DNA of 64,000 nt, from IMG/VR virus record IMGVR_UViG_3300045988_178640; one strand, 5' to 3'. Source of the stretch: a virus. Of this stretch, positions 39,464-48,585 are shown one piece after another (position 1 is the stretch's first letter; every line of letters starts with the position of its first letter). A program made the translations under genes and the position numbers. A model generated the notes under the pieces. The model was not told the DNA's origin and ran no database searches. It saw only the letters and a list, made by a program, of their open reading frames with translations.

Positions 39464-40423
39464 ATGGGAGAATGTTTACTGGTACGGCGTGGCGGCAGCG
39501 TATACAAACTGCCGGTACTGAACGCGAGCTACCCGCAGGATGTGACCGTTGTAGCGTCCGCTAACGGGTCGGCAGTTTTCAGTGTGCAGATTACGGAACC
39601 GGGAAACCCGGCGGAATACACTTACAAATGGTACAAGGGCGGCAATCTGGTGAGCGGGACCACGGGTGCTACCCTGAACCTGACGGGACTGACAGCGGCT
39701 GCCACAACGACCGTTTACTGCGAGGTAACCAACAAGGCGGGAACGGTGACCAGCCGTGTGGCGACCCTGACGGTGAAAGATTGGAAACCGGTGTACAGTT
39801 ATACAGGAGCACATTCATTTATTGATGATGGTAATTTCCAATGGCGTATAAAGTTTTTAACTTCCGGCACATTAACATTTTCATATCTTGGAAATGCCAG
39901 CAGCATTGATGTATTCTGTGTCGGAGGCGGGCAGGGGAATTACTATAATGTTGGTGGCAATGGTGGCGGGACAAAAACAACTACAATTGCCGCGTCAGCT
40001 AATACCTCTTACCCTCTCGCTATTGGTGCTGGCGGCACTGGGCCTGAAAATGCTCAGGGCGGAAACACTACTTTTGGCTCATTGGTAACAGGTTTGGGCG
40101 GGGCACACGGGCGCGGCTCTGGCGGTGGCGGCGCAGATGGAGGTAATGGTGGTTCTGATGGCGGCCCGGGTGGCGCAAATGGCACAAAAGGTCAAGGAAC
40201 TACAACTCGTGAATTTGGAGAAGCATCTGGCACGCTGTATTCTGGCGGCGGCGGCGGTTTTAGTAGTGACGATTGGTCTCACATAGGCACTGGCGGTGCG
40301 GGAGGCGGCGCGGGTGGACAACACTCTGCTTCAGCAAATACCGGTGGTGGCGCGGGTGGCAGCCCGAACGGCCAAGGCTTTTCCGGAGGCAGCGGCATTA
40401 TCGTCATCCGCAACCACAGGTAA
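39464..40423 (+). CDS. tail fibre protein, Ig-like domain + glycine-rich domain
   Basis: YKWYKGGNLVSGTTGATLNLTGL...VYCEVTNKAGTVTSRVATLTV (Ig-like), then GGGQGN..GGNGGG.. tracts. Confidence 0.6.
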   Translation: MGECLLVRRGGSVYKLPVLNASYPQDVTVVASANGSAVFSVQITEPGNPAEYTYKWYKGGNLVSGTTGATLNLTGLTAAATTTVYCEVTNKAGTVTSRVATLTVKDWKPVYSYTGAHSFIDDGNFQWRIKFLTSGTLTFSYLGNASSIDVFCVGGGQGNYYNVGGNGGGTKTTTIAASANTSYPLAIGAGGTGPENAQGGNTTFGSLVTGLGGAHGRGSGGGGADGGNGGSDGGPGGANGTKGQGTTTREFGEASGTLYSGGGGGFSSDDWSHIGTGGAGGGAGGQHSASANTGGGAGGSPNGQGFSGGSGIIVIRNHR

Positions 40424-40435
40424 GGAGGGGAAAAG

Positions 40436-40759
40436 ATGAATTACGCGCTGATTGAAAACGGCATTGTAACCAATATCATCTGGCTATCGTATACCAATGC
40501 GGACGATTTTCCCAACGCCGTGGCGATGGGCGACCTGCCGGTAGCCATTGGCGATACCTGGGATGGGGAAAACTTCTACAGAAACGGAGAAAAGGTTGTG
40601 AGCGCATTGGAACAGACGCAGAGCGAACTGAAAACCATGGTAGACGAAATTCCACTGCTGAAAGCGCAGGTACAGGCACTGAGCGACCGGGGAGAATTTG
40701 TGGAGGACTGTATAGCCGAAATGGCGACGGTGGTGTACGCGGATGAACCGACTGCATAA
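40436..40759 (+). CDS. fibre-associated small protein (assembly-chaperone-like), paralog of 43677
   Basis: MNYALIENGIVTNII start. C-terminus LKAQVQALSDRGEFVEDCIAEMATVVYA is shared with ORF 43677. Confidence 0.5.
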   Translation: MNYALIENGIVTNIIWLSYTNADDFPNAVAMGDLPVAIGDTWDGENFYRNGEKVVSALEQTQSELKTMVDEIPLLKAQVQALSDRGEFVEDCIAEMATVVYADEPTA

Positions 40760-40820
40760 GGCGAAAACAGCCATAGAGCTGTTCGCAATAAAAATTCTAT
40801 TTGGGAAGGATTGGTGCATT

Positions 40821-40982
40821 ATGATGGCGATGTTCTTTGCTCAACGGGTGATTCTGGGGAAAACGACTTTCGAGCAGGTTCCTAATGCCCTGAAAAAGGG
40901 CGTGGCGGAAGTGCTGATTGACAGCGGCCTGCCGGAGCTGGTGCCCGAAGAGTACGGCGGCACTGCTGGCAAGCAGGGCTGA
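40821..40982 (+). CDS. hypothetical small protein
   Basis: ORF only. Confidence 0.35.
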   Translation: MMAMFFAQRVILGKTTFEQVPNALKKGVAEVLIDSGLPELVPEEYGGTAGKQG

Positions 40983-41062
40983 CCGGTGAACCATTCCTGC
41001 GCCCGGGCTAACTGCCTGGGCGCAGGAAAACAAGCAAAGCGGAATGGCTGTGGTGATGTGCG

Positions 41063-42313
41063 ATGAACCGATACCTGGCATACCTGAACGCGTTAAAGGG
41101 CGACTTTGTGAAGCTATGCAAAATAGAATTTTTGCAGCCGGACGGAAGCGTGGCCTTTGTGCTGGACAACAATGCGCTGAACAAGCGAAGCAACGCCTTT
41201 ATTCAAAGCGGAGAGTTAAGCGTAAACCTGCAAAACGGACAGCGGCGGAGCGCCACGGTGACCCTTGCCAACCTGGACGGGACATACGACTACCATGTGA
41301 ACAAGGTATGGTTCGGGCAGCAGATACGGCTTTCCGAAGGGCTGATTTTACCGGATGGGACGGAATTTTACCTGCCGCAGGGCGTGTTTTGCGTGAAAAA
41401 CCCGCAGGAGGCCATACACCCGAATGGGAAAACAGCCACCTACAACCTGGTGGACAAGTGGGCCAACCTGGACGGCACCCTTGGCGGGAAGCTGGACGGC
41501 ATATACGAGGTGCCGGTGAACAGCGATATTTTTACGGCGATTTCTTCCCTGCTGGCGGAGGACAAGGGCAACGGACAGCCGGTGGACAACGCCAAACCCA
41601 TTTTTACGGACTACTACAACCAACTGACAACCACGCTGCCGGACGGGACGGAGATTGCGAACACGCTATCCCCCTATACGCTGCGGATAGACAGTGATGG
41701 AAGCAGCCTGGCCGACGTGATATACGGGCTGAACGACATGCTGGTTGGGTGGGTTGGGTACGACCCCACGGGAAGATTCAGGCTGGATGCCAGCCAGGAT
41801 GACATTTTGGATGTGCAAAAGCCGGTGCAGTGGACGTTTTCCCCCACGGAAAAGCAGTTTTTAGGCGCTACCTACACGGTAAAAAACGACGAGATGTATA
41901 ACGACATCATCATCACGGGAGAAGCGCTTGGGAGCAGCCCACAGGCCAACGCACGGGCCACAAACCTGGACCCCAGGAGCGATACCAATGTGAACCTGAT
42001 AGGCCGCAAAACGTACCGGGAGAGCAAACAGGGGTATTACACCAACGACATATGCGAAGCGTATGCCACTTTTAAGCTGAAACGCATGACGGTGTTGCAG
42101 AAAAGCGTAAGCATAGAAAGCACGCAGATGTTTCACCTGCATGAAAACAACCTGGTGGAAATACGGCGGGCGGACAAGGCGGGCTACCCTATAGAGCGCC
42201 ACCTGATACAGGGATTTACCAGACCGCTTGCGCAGATCGGCAGCATGACCATAAGCGCTGTAAGCGTAAACGACTTTCCGGCGGCCAGCATGACAAAGCA
42301 GCCATGGGAATGA
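41063..42313 (+). CDS. tail/baseplate protein
   Basis: 416 aa within the fibre cluster. Confidence 0.5.
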   Translation: MNRYLAYLNALKGDFVKLCKIEFLQPDGSVAFVLDNNALNKRSNAFIQSGELSVNLQNGQRRSATVTLANLDGTYDYHVNKVWFGQQIRLSEGLILPDGTEFYLPQGVFCVKNPQEAIHPNGKTATYNLVDKWANLDGTLGGKLDGIYEVPVNSDIFTAISSLLAEDKGNGQPVDNAKPIFTDYYNQLTTTLPDGTEIANTLSPYTLRIDSDGSSLADVIYGLNDMLVGWVGYDPTGRFRLDASQDDILDVQKPVQWTFSPTEKQFLGATYTVKNDEMYNDIIITGEALGSSPQANARATNLDPRSDTNVNLIGRKTYRESKQGYYTNDICEAYATFKLKRMTVLQKSVSIESTQMFHLHENNLVEIRRADKAGYPIERHLIQGFTRPLAQIGSMTISAVSVNDFPAASMTKQPWE

Positions 42314-42597
42314 CAAACGAAAGGCCGGATGGGAGTGGGGGATGCCGATTGGCTGTAGCCAAAAACTACAAGTTAATACCAAGCCACATGCATGATATGA
42401 CAGATCCAACCTCTACGGAAACCGAAAGAAGTACACAAATCAAGTTAGGTTCTATGAGTGGAAATACTAATTACGGTTTATCCAAGCACGCTGCGAGTTA
42501 CGATTACAATCTTACAACAAATAATACCGGCGGTGGTGCTGCCCACAACAACATGCCTCCGTACATCGCAGTTTACGCATGGAAGCGCACGGCCTAG
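42304..42597 (+). CDS. tail-collar domain fragment protein
   Basis: IPSHMH...GGGAAHNNMPPYIAVYAWKRTA is the C-terminal half of a phage tail collar domain and is near-identical to the end of ORF 47618. AT-rich. Confidence 0.45.
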   Translation: MGMTNERPDGSGGCRLAVAKNYKLIPSHMHDMTDPTSTETERSTQIKLGSMSGNTNYGLSKHAASYDYNLTTNNTGGGAAHNNMPPYIAVYAWKRTA

Positions 42598-42609
42598 GAG
42601 GGATGAATC

Positions 42610-43662
42610 ATGGCTATACTGAAATATAAAAATCCGGCAACCGGCGCGTGGGAAACGATGGACGCCCTGCCAGCGATAGGCCAAACGGTGGAAATCACGG
42701 CCACAGAGCTTACGGGGAAAAACACCGCCGACCGTGTGGCGATGTATGCCGCCGGAACCCGCCTGCTGAAAGTGGTGAACGGCGATACGGAAGTATTGCT
42801 GGGGCTGGATGCGGACGGGAGCACGGAGTGGCTGGGAAGCAATAAGCCGCTGAATAATCTGCTGGATAATAGCGATTTTACGAATCCGGTGAACCAGAGG
42901 GGCCAAAGCAGTTATACGGCAAGCGGCTATACGATTGATAGATGGGCTATCGATACTTGGAGCGGAAATCCTCTTGCTATAAATAGTGGCTATATAGCAA
43001 TTGGAGAAAATATCGATACAAAACAATATTTAAGCGATACTACGATGGGCGGAAAAACGTATACCTGCGCGGCAAAAATACTGAATCAAGCAATCCCGCT
43101 GTGTGGCAGCGGCACCATGCCAACAGAAAATGGCGGAATAATAAAAGTAAAAATTGAAGGCGGATTCGAATTGCGCTTGCAGAAATTTGACAACGGCTAT
43201 TGCGGCGTAGATTTGTTTGCGCAGCCGGGTAACACCATCAATGTGGAATGGGCCGCCCTATACGAAGGCAGCTACACCGCCGACACCCTGCCGCCCTACA
43301 CGCCCAAGGGATACGCGGCGGAGCTGGCGGAGTGCCAGAGATATTATGTAAAGTTAAAAAATAGTAGGAGCGGATATCAACCATTCGCCATTGGTGTTGG
43401 AAATGGTTATAATCAAGGGGTATTTAATATTCAAACGCCAGTTCAAATGAGAAGCTTTACCACCGTATCTTACAACAATCTCCGCATTGTTGGAAAGGGA
43501 TGCGAATACGTACCAGTCAAATCCATAACGCCTGCGGATATAGTTGGTAACTCCACAACCGCGCTTGTAACCGTCGATAGTCCTGCTTATATCCAAAATG
43601 CAGAAGTATATCAAATTAGTGGGAATGCTATAGGTAGCATAGAATTATCAGCAGACTTATAA
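42610..43662 (+). CDS. receptor-binding / tail fibre protein
   Basis: 350 aa. The distal two thirds are markedly AT-rich relative to the flanks. Confidence 0.5.
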   Translation: MAILKYKNPATGAWETMDALPAIGQTVEITATELTGKNTADRVAMYAAGTRLLKVVNGDTEVLLGLDADGSTEWLGSNKPLNNLLDNSDFTNPVNQRGQSSYTASGYTIDRWAIDTWSGNPLAINSGYIAIGENIDTKQYLSDTTMGGKTYTCAAKILNQAIPLCGSGTMPTENGGIIKVKIEGGFELRLQKFDNGYCGVDLFAQPGNTINVEWAALYEGSYTADTLPPYTPKGYAAELAECQRYYVKLKNSRSGYQPFAIGVGNGYNQGVFNIQTPVQMRSFTTVSYNNLRIVGKGCEYVPVKSITPADIVGNSTTALVTVDSPAYIQNAEVYQISGNAIGSIELSADL

Positions 43663-43676
43663 AATGGAGGGGTAAA

Positions 43677-44081
43677 ATGGACTTTATCGAAAATTACAAG
43701 GTTTACGTTAAAGTAGACGAAAACAACAGAATTATTGAAATCAATTCAAGTGCCTTTATATCTTCCACCGAAGGGTGGATAAAGATTGACGAAGGACTTG
43801 GTGACAAGTACCACCACGCCCAAGGAAATTACCTGCCCAAGCTCCTGATGGATGAGCGGGGCGTGTACCGCTACAAGCTGGAAAACGGCCAGACCGTGGA
43901 GCGCACCCAGGAGGAAATGGACGCGGATTACGCCGCCCGGCCTGTGCCCGCCACACCGAAAACCAACGCGGAGCTGGAAGCGGAAAACGCGCTGCTGAAA
44001 GCCCAGGTGCAGGCTGTGGCCGACAGAAACGAATTTGTGGAAGATTGCATAGCTGAAATGGCAATGTATGTATATGCGTAA
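43677..44081 (+). CDS. fibre-associated small protein, paralog of 40436
   Basis: C-terminus LKAQVQAVADRNEFVEDCIAEMAMYVYA. Confidence 0.5.
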   Translation: MDFIENYKVYVKVDENNRIIEINSSAFISSTEGWIKIDEGLGDKYHHAQGNYLPKLLMDERGVYRYKLENGQTVERTQEEMDADYAARPVPATPKTNAELEAENALLKAQVQAVADRNEFVEDCIAEMAMYVYA

Positions 44082-44100
44082 TGAACCGAGGTGAAGCCAT

Positions 44101-44550
44101 ATGGCTGCTACGACCGTGAACATTCCAAGAGAAACAACGATGCAGCGCATTGCGGAAGCGCTGGAACTGCTGTGGGAAGGGCAAGCGGAAACGAATGACG
44201 GGTTGGTTTCGTACAAAAAGAAACAAACCGTTACGGATGCCCAGAAAAAGATTGCACGGGATAACATAGCCGCTTGCGCGAAAAGCAACCTTATTGTGCA
44301 ATTTACGGCAGGCGGGTGGAGCGGAAGCAAGCCGTATAGCCAGACCGTTGCCGTGAGCGGGATTGCGAGCAGCGACTACCCCATTGCTGACATTGACCTA
44401 TCGGCGGTGACCACGAGCAATTATGAAACCGTGATGGAGGCGTGTGGATGCGTGAACCGCATTGCAACCGATGACGGGACGGTGACAGCTTACTGCTACG
44501 ATGAAAAACCGGCTGCCGCGCTGACCGTTCTACTGAAAACCATAAAGTGA
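44101..44550 (+). CDS. fibre-tip-like protein, C-domain paralogous to ORF 38672
   Basis: GGWSGSKPYSQTVAVSGI.SSDYP..DIDL...TVTAYCYDEKP compares with GWSASVPYTQTVSVPDI.STDYP..DVNM...TITGYCYDEKP. Confidence 0.5.
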   Translation: MAATTVNIPRETTMQRIAEALELLWEGQAETNDGLVSYKKKQTVTDAQKKIARDNIAACAKSNLIVQFTAGGWSGSKPYSQTVAVSGIASSDYPIADIDLSAVTTSNYETVMEACGCVNRIATDDGTVTAYCYDEKPAAALTVLLKTIK

Positions 44551-44565
44551 CAGGAGGTAAGTACC

Positions 44566-45498
44566 GTGGCCGAGAAGCTGACCGTACCGTTTATGATACA
44601 GAAGTTTGACGAAATAATAGGCTGGCCCTACGTAAGCCCCGGTACAAATGACCGAAACGGCATAGACTGTTCAGGGGCGTTTGTAAGAGCGTACAGAGCG
44701 GCGGGTAAAAACATTTACCATGGGAGCAACCGCATTGAGCGGGTGTACTGCCGGGACTGCTTTGACCTGAACGGCAGCACAAAAGGGCTGAAACCCGGCA
44801 TGGCGATGTTCAAGTACAAAGAGCCGGGAGAAGATGGGTATTCCCTCTCCGACCAGTATAAAGCCGGTGGGAAATATTACAACGGGGATTTGAGGGACTA
44901 CAGCCACATTGGCCTATGCGCCAGCGTAAACCCGCTGAAAATACCCAATGCCACAAGCCCGGTTGCGAAGGTGGACACCAAACTGGGAACCGGAATACAC
45001 GCCTGGCGGCGGGCGGGATATTTAAAAGCCGTGATTTACAGCACAGAAACCATGCAAGATACCGACCAAGATGTGCCTGATGGAGGTGGGAATATGAGCG
45101 AGTTTGTGGGAAAAACCTGCGTGCTGAAAGCGGACGGGAACGACAGCCCCATTAACCTGAGAGCCAAGAAGAACACGGCCAGCGCCCTTGTGGCGAAGAT
45201 ACCGCAGGGGGACCCTGTGCTGTGTGAAAGTGATGACGGAACCTGGGCGTACATTCGGTGGGATGACGTGGGCGGTGGCAAGACATACAAGGGGCATGTG
45301 TTAAGCAAGTTTTTAAGGCTGTCTGACAGCGGTGCGGGCGATGGCGAAGAAGATGATGGGGCAAGCGCCGACAAGCCGTCTAACGAGCCTGAAAACGGCG
45401 CAAACAGCCCATACTGCGTGTGCCTGTACTGCGACACGCTGGAAGAAGCGGAAACCATTGTGCGAGTGATGAAGAAAGCGACGGTGGAAGCCGGATGA
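44566..45498 (+). CDS. endolysin: NlpC/P60 peptidase + SH3b
   Basis: Catalytic GIDCSGAFVRAY and YSHIGL. C-terminal SH3-like LRAKKNTASALVAKIPQGDPVLCESDDGTWAYIRW. Confidence 0.8.
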   Translation: MAEKLTVPFMIQKFDEIIGWPYVSPGTNDRNGIDCSGAFVRAYRAAGKNIYHGSNRIERVYCRDCFDLNGSTKGLKPGMAMFKYKEPGEDGYSLSDQYKAGGKYYNGDLRDYSHIGLCASVNPLKIPNATSPVAKVDTKLGTGIHAWRRAGYLKAVIYSTETMQDTDQDVPDGGGNMSEFVGKTCVLKADGNDSPINLRAKKNTASALVAKIPQGDPVLCESDDGTWAYIRWDDVGGGKTYKGHVLSKFLRLSDSGAGDGEEDDGASADKPSNEPENGANSPYCVCLYCDTLEEAETIVRVMKKATVEAG

Positions 45499-45704
45499 AC
45501 TGCATAGAGTGCAGCTTTGACCACAGGGACGGGAAGTACTGCCACAGCTGCATTACGCGTGGGCAGTACATGTATGAAGGGAACGTTCCGGTTTGCTGCG
45601 AAAAGTGCGAATACCTGACTGAAAAGGGAGAATGCACCCTGTTCAGGATTGAGAACGAAGCCATACGGTATGAAAGCCGCGGGAAAGAACGAGGTGACGG
45701 CTGA
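45495..45704 (+). CDS. small Cys-rich protein
   Basis: ATGA-coupled to the endolysin gene; CIEC..CHSC..CCEKC. Confidence 0.45.
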   Translation: MNCIECSFDHRDGKYCHSCITRGQYMYEGNVPVCCEKCEYLTEKGECTLFRIENEAIRYESRGKERGDG

Positions 45705-45706
45705 CG

Positions 45707-46495
45707 ATGCACTGCGTAAAAATGGACTGCCCGGCTGAATGGCCTGTGTGCAATGTGTACACGCTGAGTGACTTACATATAGGCGACCCGCACGCGAACA
45801 TGCAGGAAGTGCAAAGGCGCATAGACGAGGTGAAAAACGACCCATACGGCATAGCCATACTGAACGGCGACCTGATGAACACGGCCACGCGGGGCGGCGT
45901 GTCGGACGTATACGGGGAGAAACTAAGCCCCATGCAGCAGATAGATGCGCTGTGCCAGATGTTTAAGCCAATCGCGAACAAGATTGCCGGAGCGACGGCG
46001 GGAAACCATGAGCAGCGGGCGTACTGGGACGACGGCATAGACATTACCCGGCTGGTTTGCCGGGAATTGGGGGTTGAGGACAGGTATGCCCCGGACGGGG
46101 TGATTGTGTTCCTTCGCTTTGGGGTGCGAAACGGGCACGGGCGGCACAAGGACCAGCGCCAGCAGCAATGGTACACCCTGTATGTAACCCACGGAAGCGG
46201 CGGAGGCAGGAAAGAGGGAGCCAAGGCCATACGGCTGGCAGACATGGCCAGCATTGTGGACGCAGACTGCTACATACACGCCCACACCCACCTGCCGATG
46301 ATTATGAAACAGCGCTATTACCGGACAAGCCCCAGCACATCGTCCGCCCAGTGTGTGGAAAGGCTGTTTGTGAACACGGGAGCGGCGCTGGAATACGGCG
46401 GATATGGGCAGGAAAAGGAATTTAAACCGGCCAGCATGGCAAGCCCGGTGATTACGCTGCAAGCCCGGTACAAGCGCGCCACGGCAAGGATGTGA
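45707..46495 (+). CDS. calcineurin-like metallophosphoesterase
   Basis: Motifs LSDLHIGD, NGDLMN, GNHE, HAHTH in canonical order. Confidence 0.8.
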   Translation: MHCVKMDCPAEWPVCNVYTLSDLHIGDPHANMQEVQRRIDEVKNDPYGIAILNGDLMNTATRGGVSDVYGEKLSPMQQIDALCQMFKPIANKIAGATAGNHEQRAYWDDGIDITRLVCRELGVEDRYAPDGVIVFLRFGVRNGHGRHKDQRQQQWYTLYVTHGSGGGRKEGAKAIRLADMASIVDADCYIHAHTHLPMIMKQRYYRTSPSTSSAQCVERLFVNTGAALEYGGYGQEKEFKPASMASPVITLQARYKRATARM

Positions 46496-46502
46496 CGCTT
46501 AT

Positions 46503-46811
46503 ATGGCGGTACGAAAACAACCGTCCATGAAAACGGACATTGTAAAAACAGTGCTTACCTGGGGGCATGTGATTACCATGAGCATTATCGCCCTGGCGAT
46601 GGTGATGAACATAGGCGGCCTGATTGCCATATTATGCGCCAGGGAGATTGCGGACGAGATAACCAGATACGCGGAAGCATGGCAGACCCTGTACATTGTG
46701 GGCATTGCCGGGTATGACGCGAAAGCCGCGATAGAAAACGTGATGAAGATTCAAAAGTCTGTAAAAGAATGGCAGACGGGAAAGAGCGGAACCGAAACAT
46801 CCAACGGATAA
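46503..46811 (+). CDS. small membrane protein (second holin candidate)
   Basis: Hydrophobic stretch VITMSIIALAMVMNIGGLIAILCA, plus a second amphipathic segment. Confidence 0.45.
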   Translation: MAVRKQPSMKTDIVKTVLTWGHVITMSIIALAMVMNIGGLIAILCAREIADEITRYAEAWQTLYIVGIAGYDAKAAIENVMKIQKSVKEWQTGKSGTETSNG

Positions 46812-46836
46812 CGGCCATAGAGAAGAAAGCGAGGGA

Positions 46837-47229
46837 ATGGCTATGAACCAGCTGACGATTATAGGCAACCTGACCAAAGACCCCATTGTGCGGGAAGGGG
46901 AATACGGGAAACTGTGCTTTTTTACAGTAGCTGTAAACAACAAGCAAAAAGACAAGGCGAGCGACTTTTTTAGCGTGCGAACCAGCAGAAAACAGGCGGA
47001 GGCATGCGAAAAGTACCTGTCAAAAGGCCGGTCCGTAGCGGTGCGGGGGCCTGTACACATGGAAAGCTACGGTGACGAGGGAAACAAGCGATACACCATG
47101 ACCATATCCGCTGAGGAAGTGGAATTTTTAAGCAGCGGGAACGGGCAGAGCCGGGCGAAAAAGAACGATGGCGATGAGCATAACGACGGATATACCGAAG
47201 TGGAAGATGACGAACTTCCCTTCTTTTAG
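46837..47229 (+). CDS. ssb: single-stranded DNA-binding protein
   Basis: MNQLTIIGNLTKDP...RSVAVRGPVHMESY OB core and canonical acidic tip DDELPFF. Confidence 0.9.
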   Translation: MAMNQLTIIGNLTKDPIVREGEYGKLCFFTVAVNNKQKDKASDFFSVRTSRKQAEACEKYLSKGRSVAVRGPVHMESYGDEGNKRYTMTISAEEVEFLSSGNGQSRAKKNDGDEHNDGYTEVEDDELPFF

Positions 47230-47265
47230 AACGATAGAAAACAAAGAAAGAGAGGCTGAAAAACA

Positions 47266-47610
47266 ATGATGTTTGACATGAGCGACGTGGTAAAGGCCGT
47301 ATGTTCCCTGGTGGTGGCGCTGATTACCTGCTTTTTGATTCCCCTGATTAAAAAGCGCACAACGAGCGAGCAGTATGAGCAGATTAAGCTATGGGTAAAG
47401 ATTGCCGTGCAGGCGGCGGAACAGCTGTACAAGGGCAGCGGACGGGGCGAAGAAAAGAAGCAGTATGTGCTTAATTTTTTGGAAAGCAAGGGAATGAAAA
47501 TTGACGCTGAAGTGCTGGACGCGCTGATTGAATCCGCCGTGTTCGACCTGCCCCAGTATTTTGAGGCGGAAACGCTGACGGAAGAAGACGTGCGGACTGG
47601 GGAAGGCTGA
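47266..47610 (+). CDS. holin (phage LL-H-like family)
   Basis: N-terminal TM segment VCSLVVALITCFLIPLI, then WVKIAVQAAEQLY.GSGRGEEKKQYVLNFL...LDALIESAV. Confidence 0.6.
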   Translation: MMFDMSDVVKAVCSLVVALITCFLIPLIKKRTTSEQYEQIKLWVKIAVQAAEQLYKGSGRGEEKKQYVLNFLESKGMKIDAEVLDALIESAVFDLPQYFEAETLTEEDVRTGEG

Positions 47611-47617
47611 TGGGACA

Positions 47618-48397
47618 ATGCCTGAAAATGCTTCGATGAAAATATGGAACGCGCTGGAACCGCTGATAAAGCGGGAAATTGAGCGGCAAACGCGCAGCTG
47701 CCAGCGCATGAAAAGCATGACGGTGAGCACGGCGTACAATGGCAGCAGCGGCCTGGTGGGCGTGAAGGAAGCATTCGGCAGCGAGATTTTTTTGCCCGTG
47801 ATGAGCACGATGGACAAAAGCAGGCTGGTTGTGGGAGCCAGCGTATGGGTATGCATGCCCTACAGCAGCATGAGCAATGCCATTGTGATGATGATGGGCG
47901 ATGGGAACAACGGCAGTGCTGGCGGAGGCACCAGCGAACCGGAAGTGTATGTGGGGTCTACGGAGCCTACCGGCACGGAAGAAATATGGATTGACACCAG
48001 CGAGGATGCGGGCGGGGGCGACATGCTGGGCATTCTGGCGCGGACATACCCCATTGGAAGCGTTTACCTGAGTGTGAACGGAACCGACCCTGGTGCACTG
48101 TTCGGCGGCACATGGGAGCGGCTGAAAGATCGCTTTCTGCTGGCGGCTGGGGACACATACGCGGCAGGGGCAACGGGCGGCGAGGCGGCGCACACGCTGA
48201 CGGTGGAGGAAATGCCGAGCCACAGCCACGAAATCCAATACATTTCTGCGGAAACGGGAACGGCAGTTGCGGGTGTAAAAGGCGCACCTTCGGCAAATTG
48301 GTGGAGCGCAGACTACATCCGGGCAACTGGCGGCGGCGCGGCCCACAACAACATGCCGCCGTACATCGCCGTGTATGTGTGGAAAAGAACCGCATAA
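47618..48397 (+). CDS. tail fibre protein with complete tail-collar domain
   Basis: GGEAAHTLTVEEMPSHSH...GGGAAHNNMPPYIAVYVWKRTA. Confidence 0.7.
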   Translation: MPENASMKIWNALEPLIKREIERQTRSCQRMKSMTVSTAYNGSSGLVGVKEAFGSEIFLPVMSTMDKSRLVVGASVWVCMPYSSMSNAIVMMMGDGNNGSAGGGTSEPEVYVGSTEPTGTEEIWIDTSEDAGGGDMLGILARTYPIGSVYLSVNGTDPGALFGGTWERLKDRFLLAAGDTYAAGATGGEAAHTLTVEEMPSHSHEIQYISAETGTAVAGVKGAPSANWWSADYIRATGGGAAHNNMPPYIAVYVWKRTA

Positions 48398-48405
48398 CAA
48401 AACGT

Positions 48406-48435
48406 CCCCTGGCATTTCGCCAGGGGATTGCTTTA
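48406..48435. terminator. bidirectional terminator between the convergent arms
   Basis: CCCCTGGC-ATTTC-GCCAGGGG, with a T-rich tract on both strands (ATTGCTTTA / ACGTTTTGTT). Confidence 0.65.
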
Positions 48436-48585
48436 TGGCTTACGGTCAAGCCATGCCTTTGCGTTTTTGAACGTGAGAACGGCCCAATACAGGACGATAA
48501 AGGGCCACTGGTTCAGCCCCACCAGCAGGCAGAAAAGCACGACCGCTGAAACCAACATGAGAAGAAAGTTACACCATGTTTCCAT
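48433..48585 (-). CDS. possible small two-TM hydrophobic peptide
   Basis: METWCNFLLMLVSAVVLFCLLVGLNQWPFIVLYWAVLTF. GGAAGGGG SD 9 nt upstream. Last ORF of the leftward operon. Confidence 0.3.
   Translation of the reverse strand: METWCNFLLMLVSAVVLFCLLVGLNQWPFIVLYWAVLTFKNAKAWLDRKP

Noticed and set aside
41044-41697. 217-aa plus-strand ORF overlapping ORF 41063 in another frame
   Set aside because: Arg/Gly/Ala/Pro-rich. The 41063 frame gives a coherent 416-aa tail protein.
40650-44081. Diversity-generating retroelement (TR/VR pair) as an explanation for the duplicated fibre-gene ends
   Set aside because: No reverse transcriptase is present in the window. The differences between the repeat copies are not adenine-specific. 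The repeats lie at the C-termini of small chaperone-like ORFs rather than in a C-type-lectin variable region.
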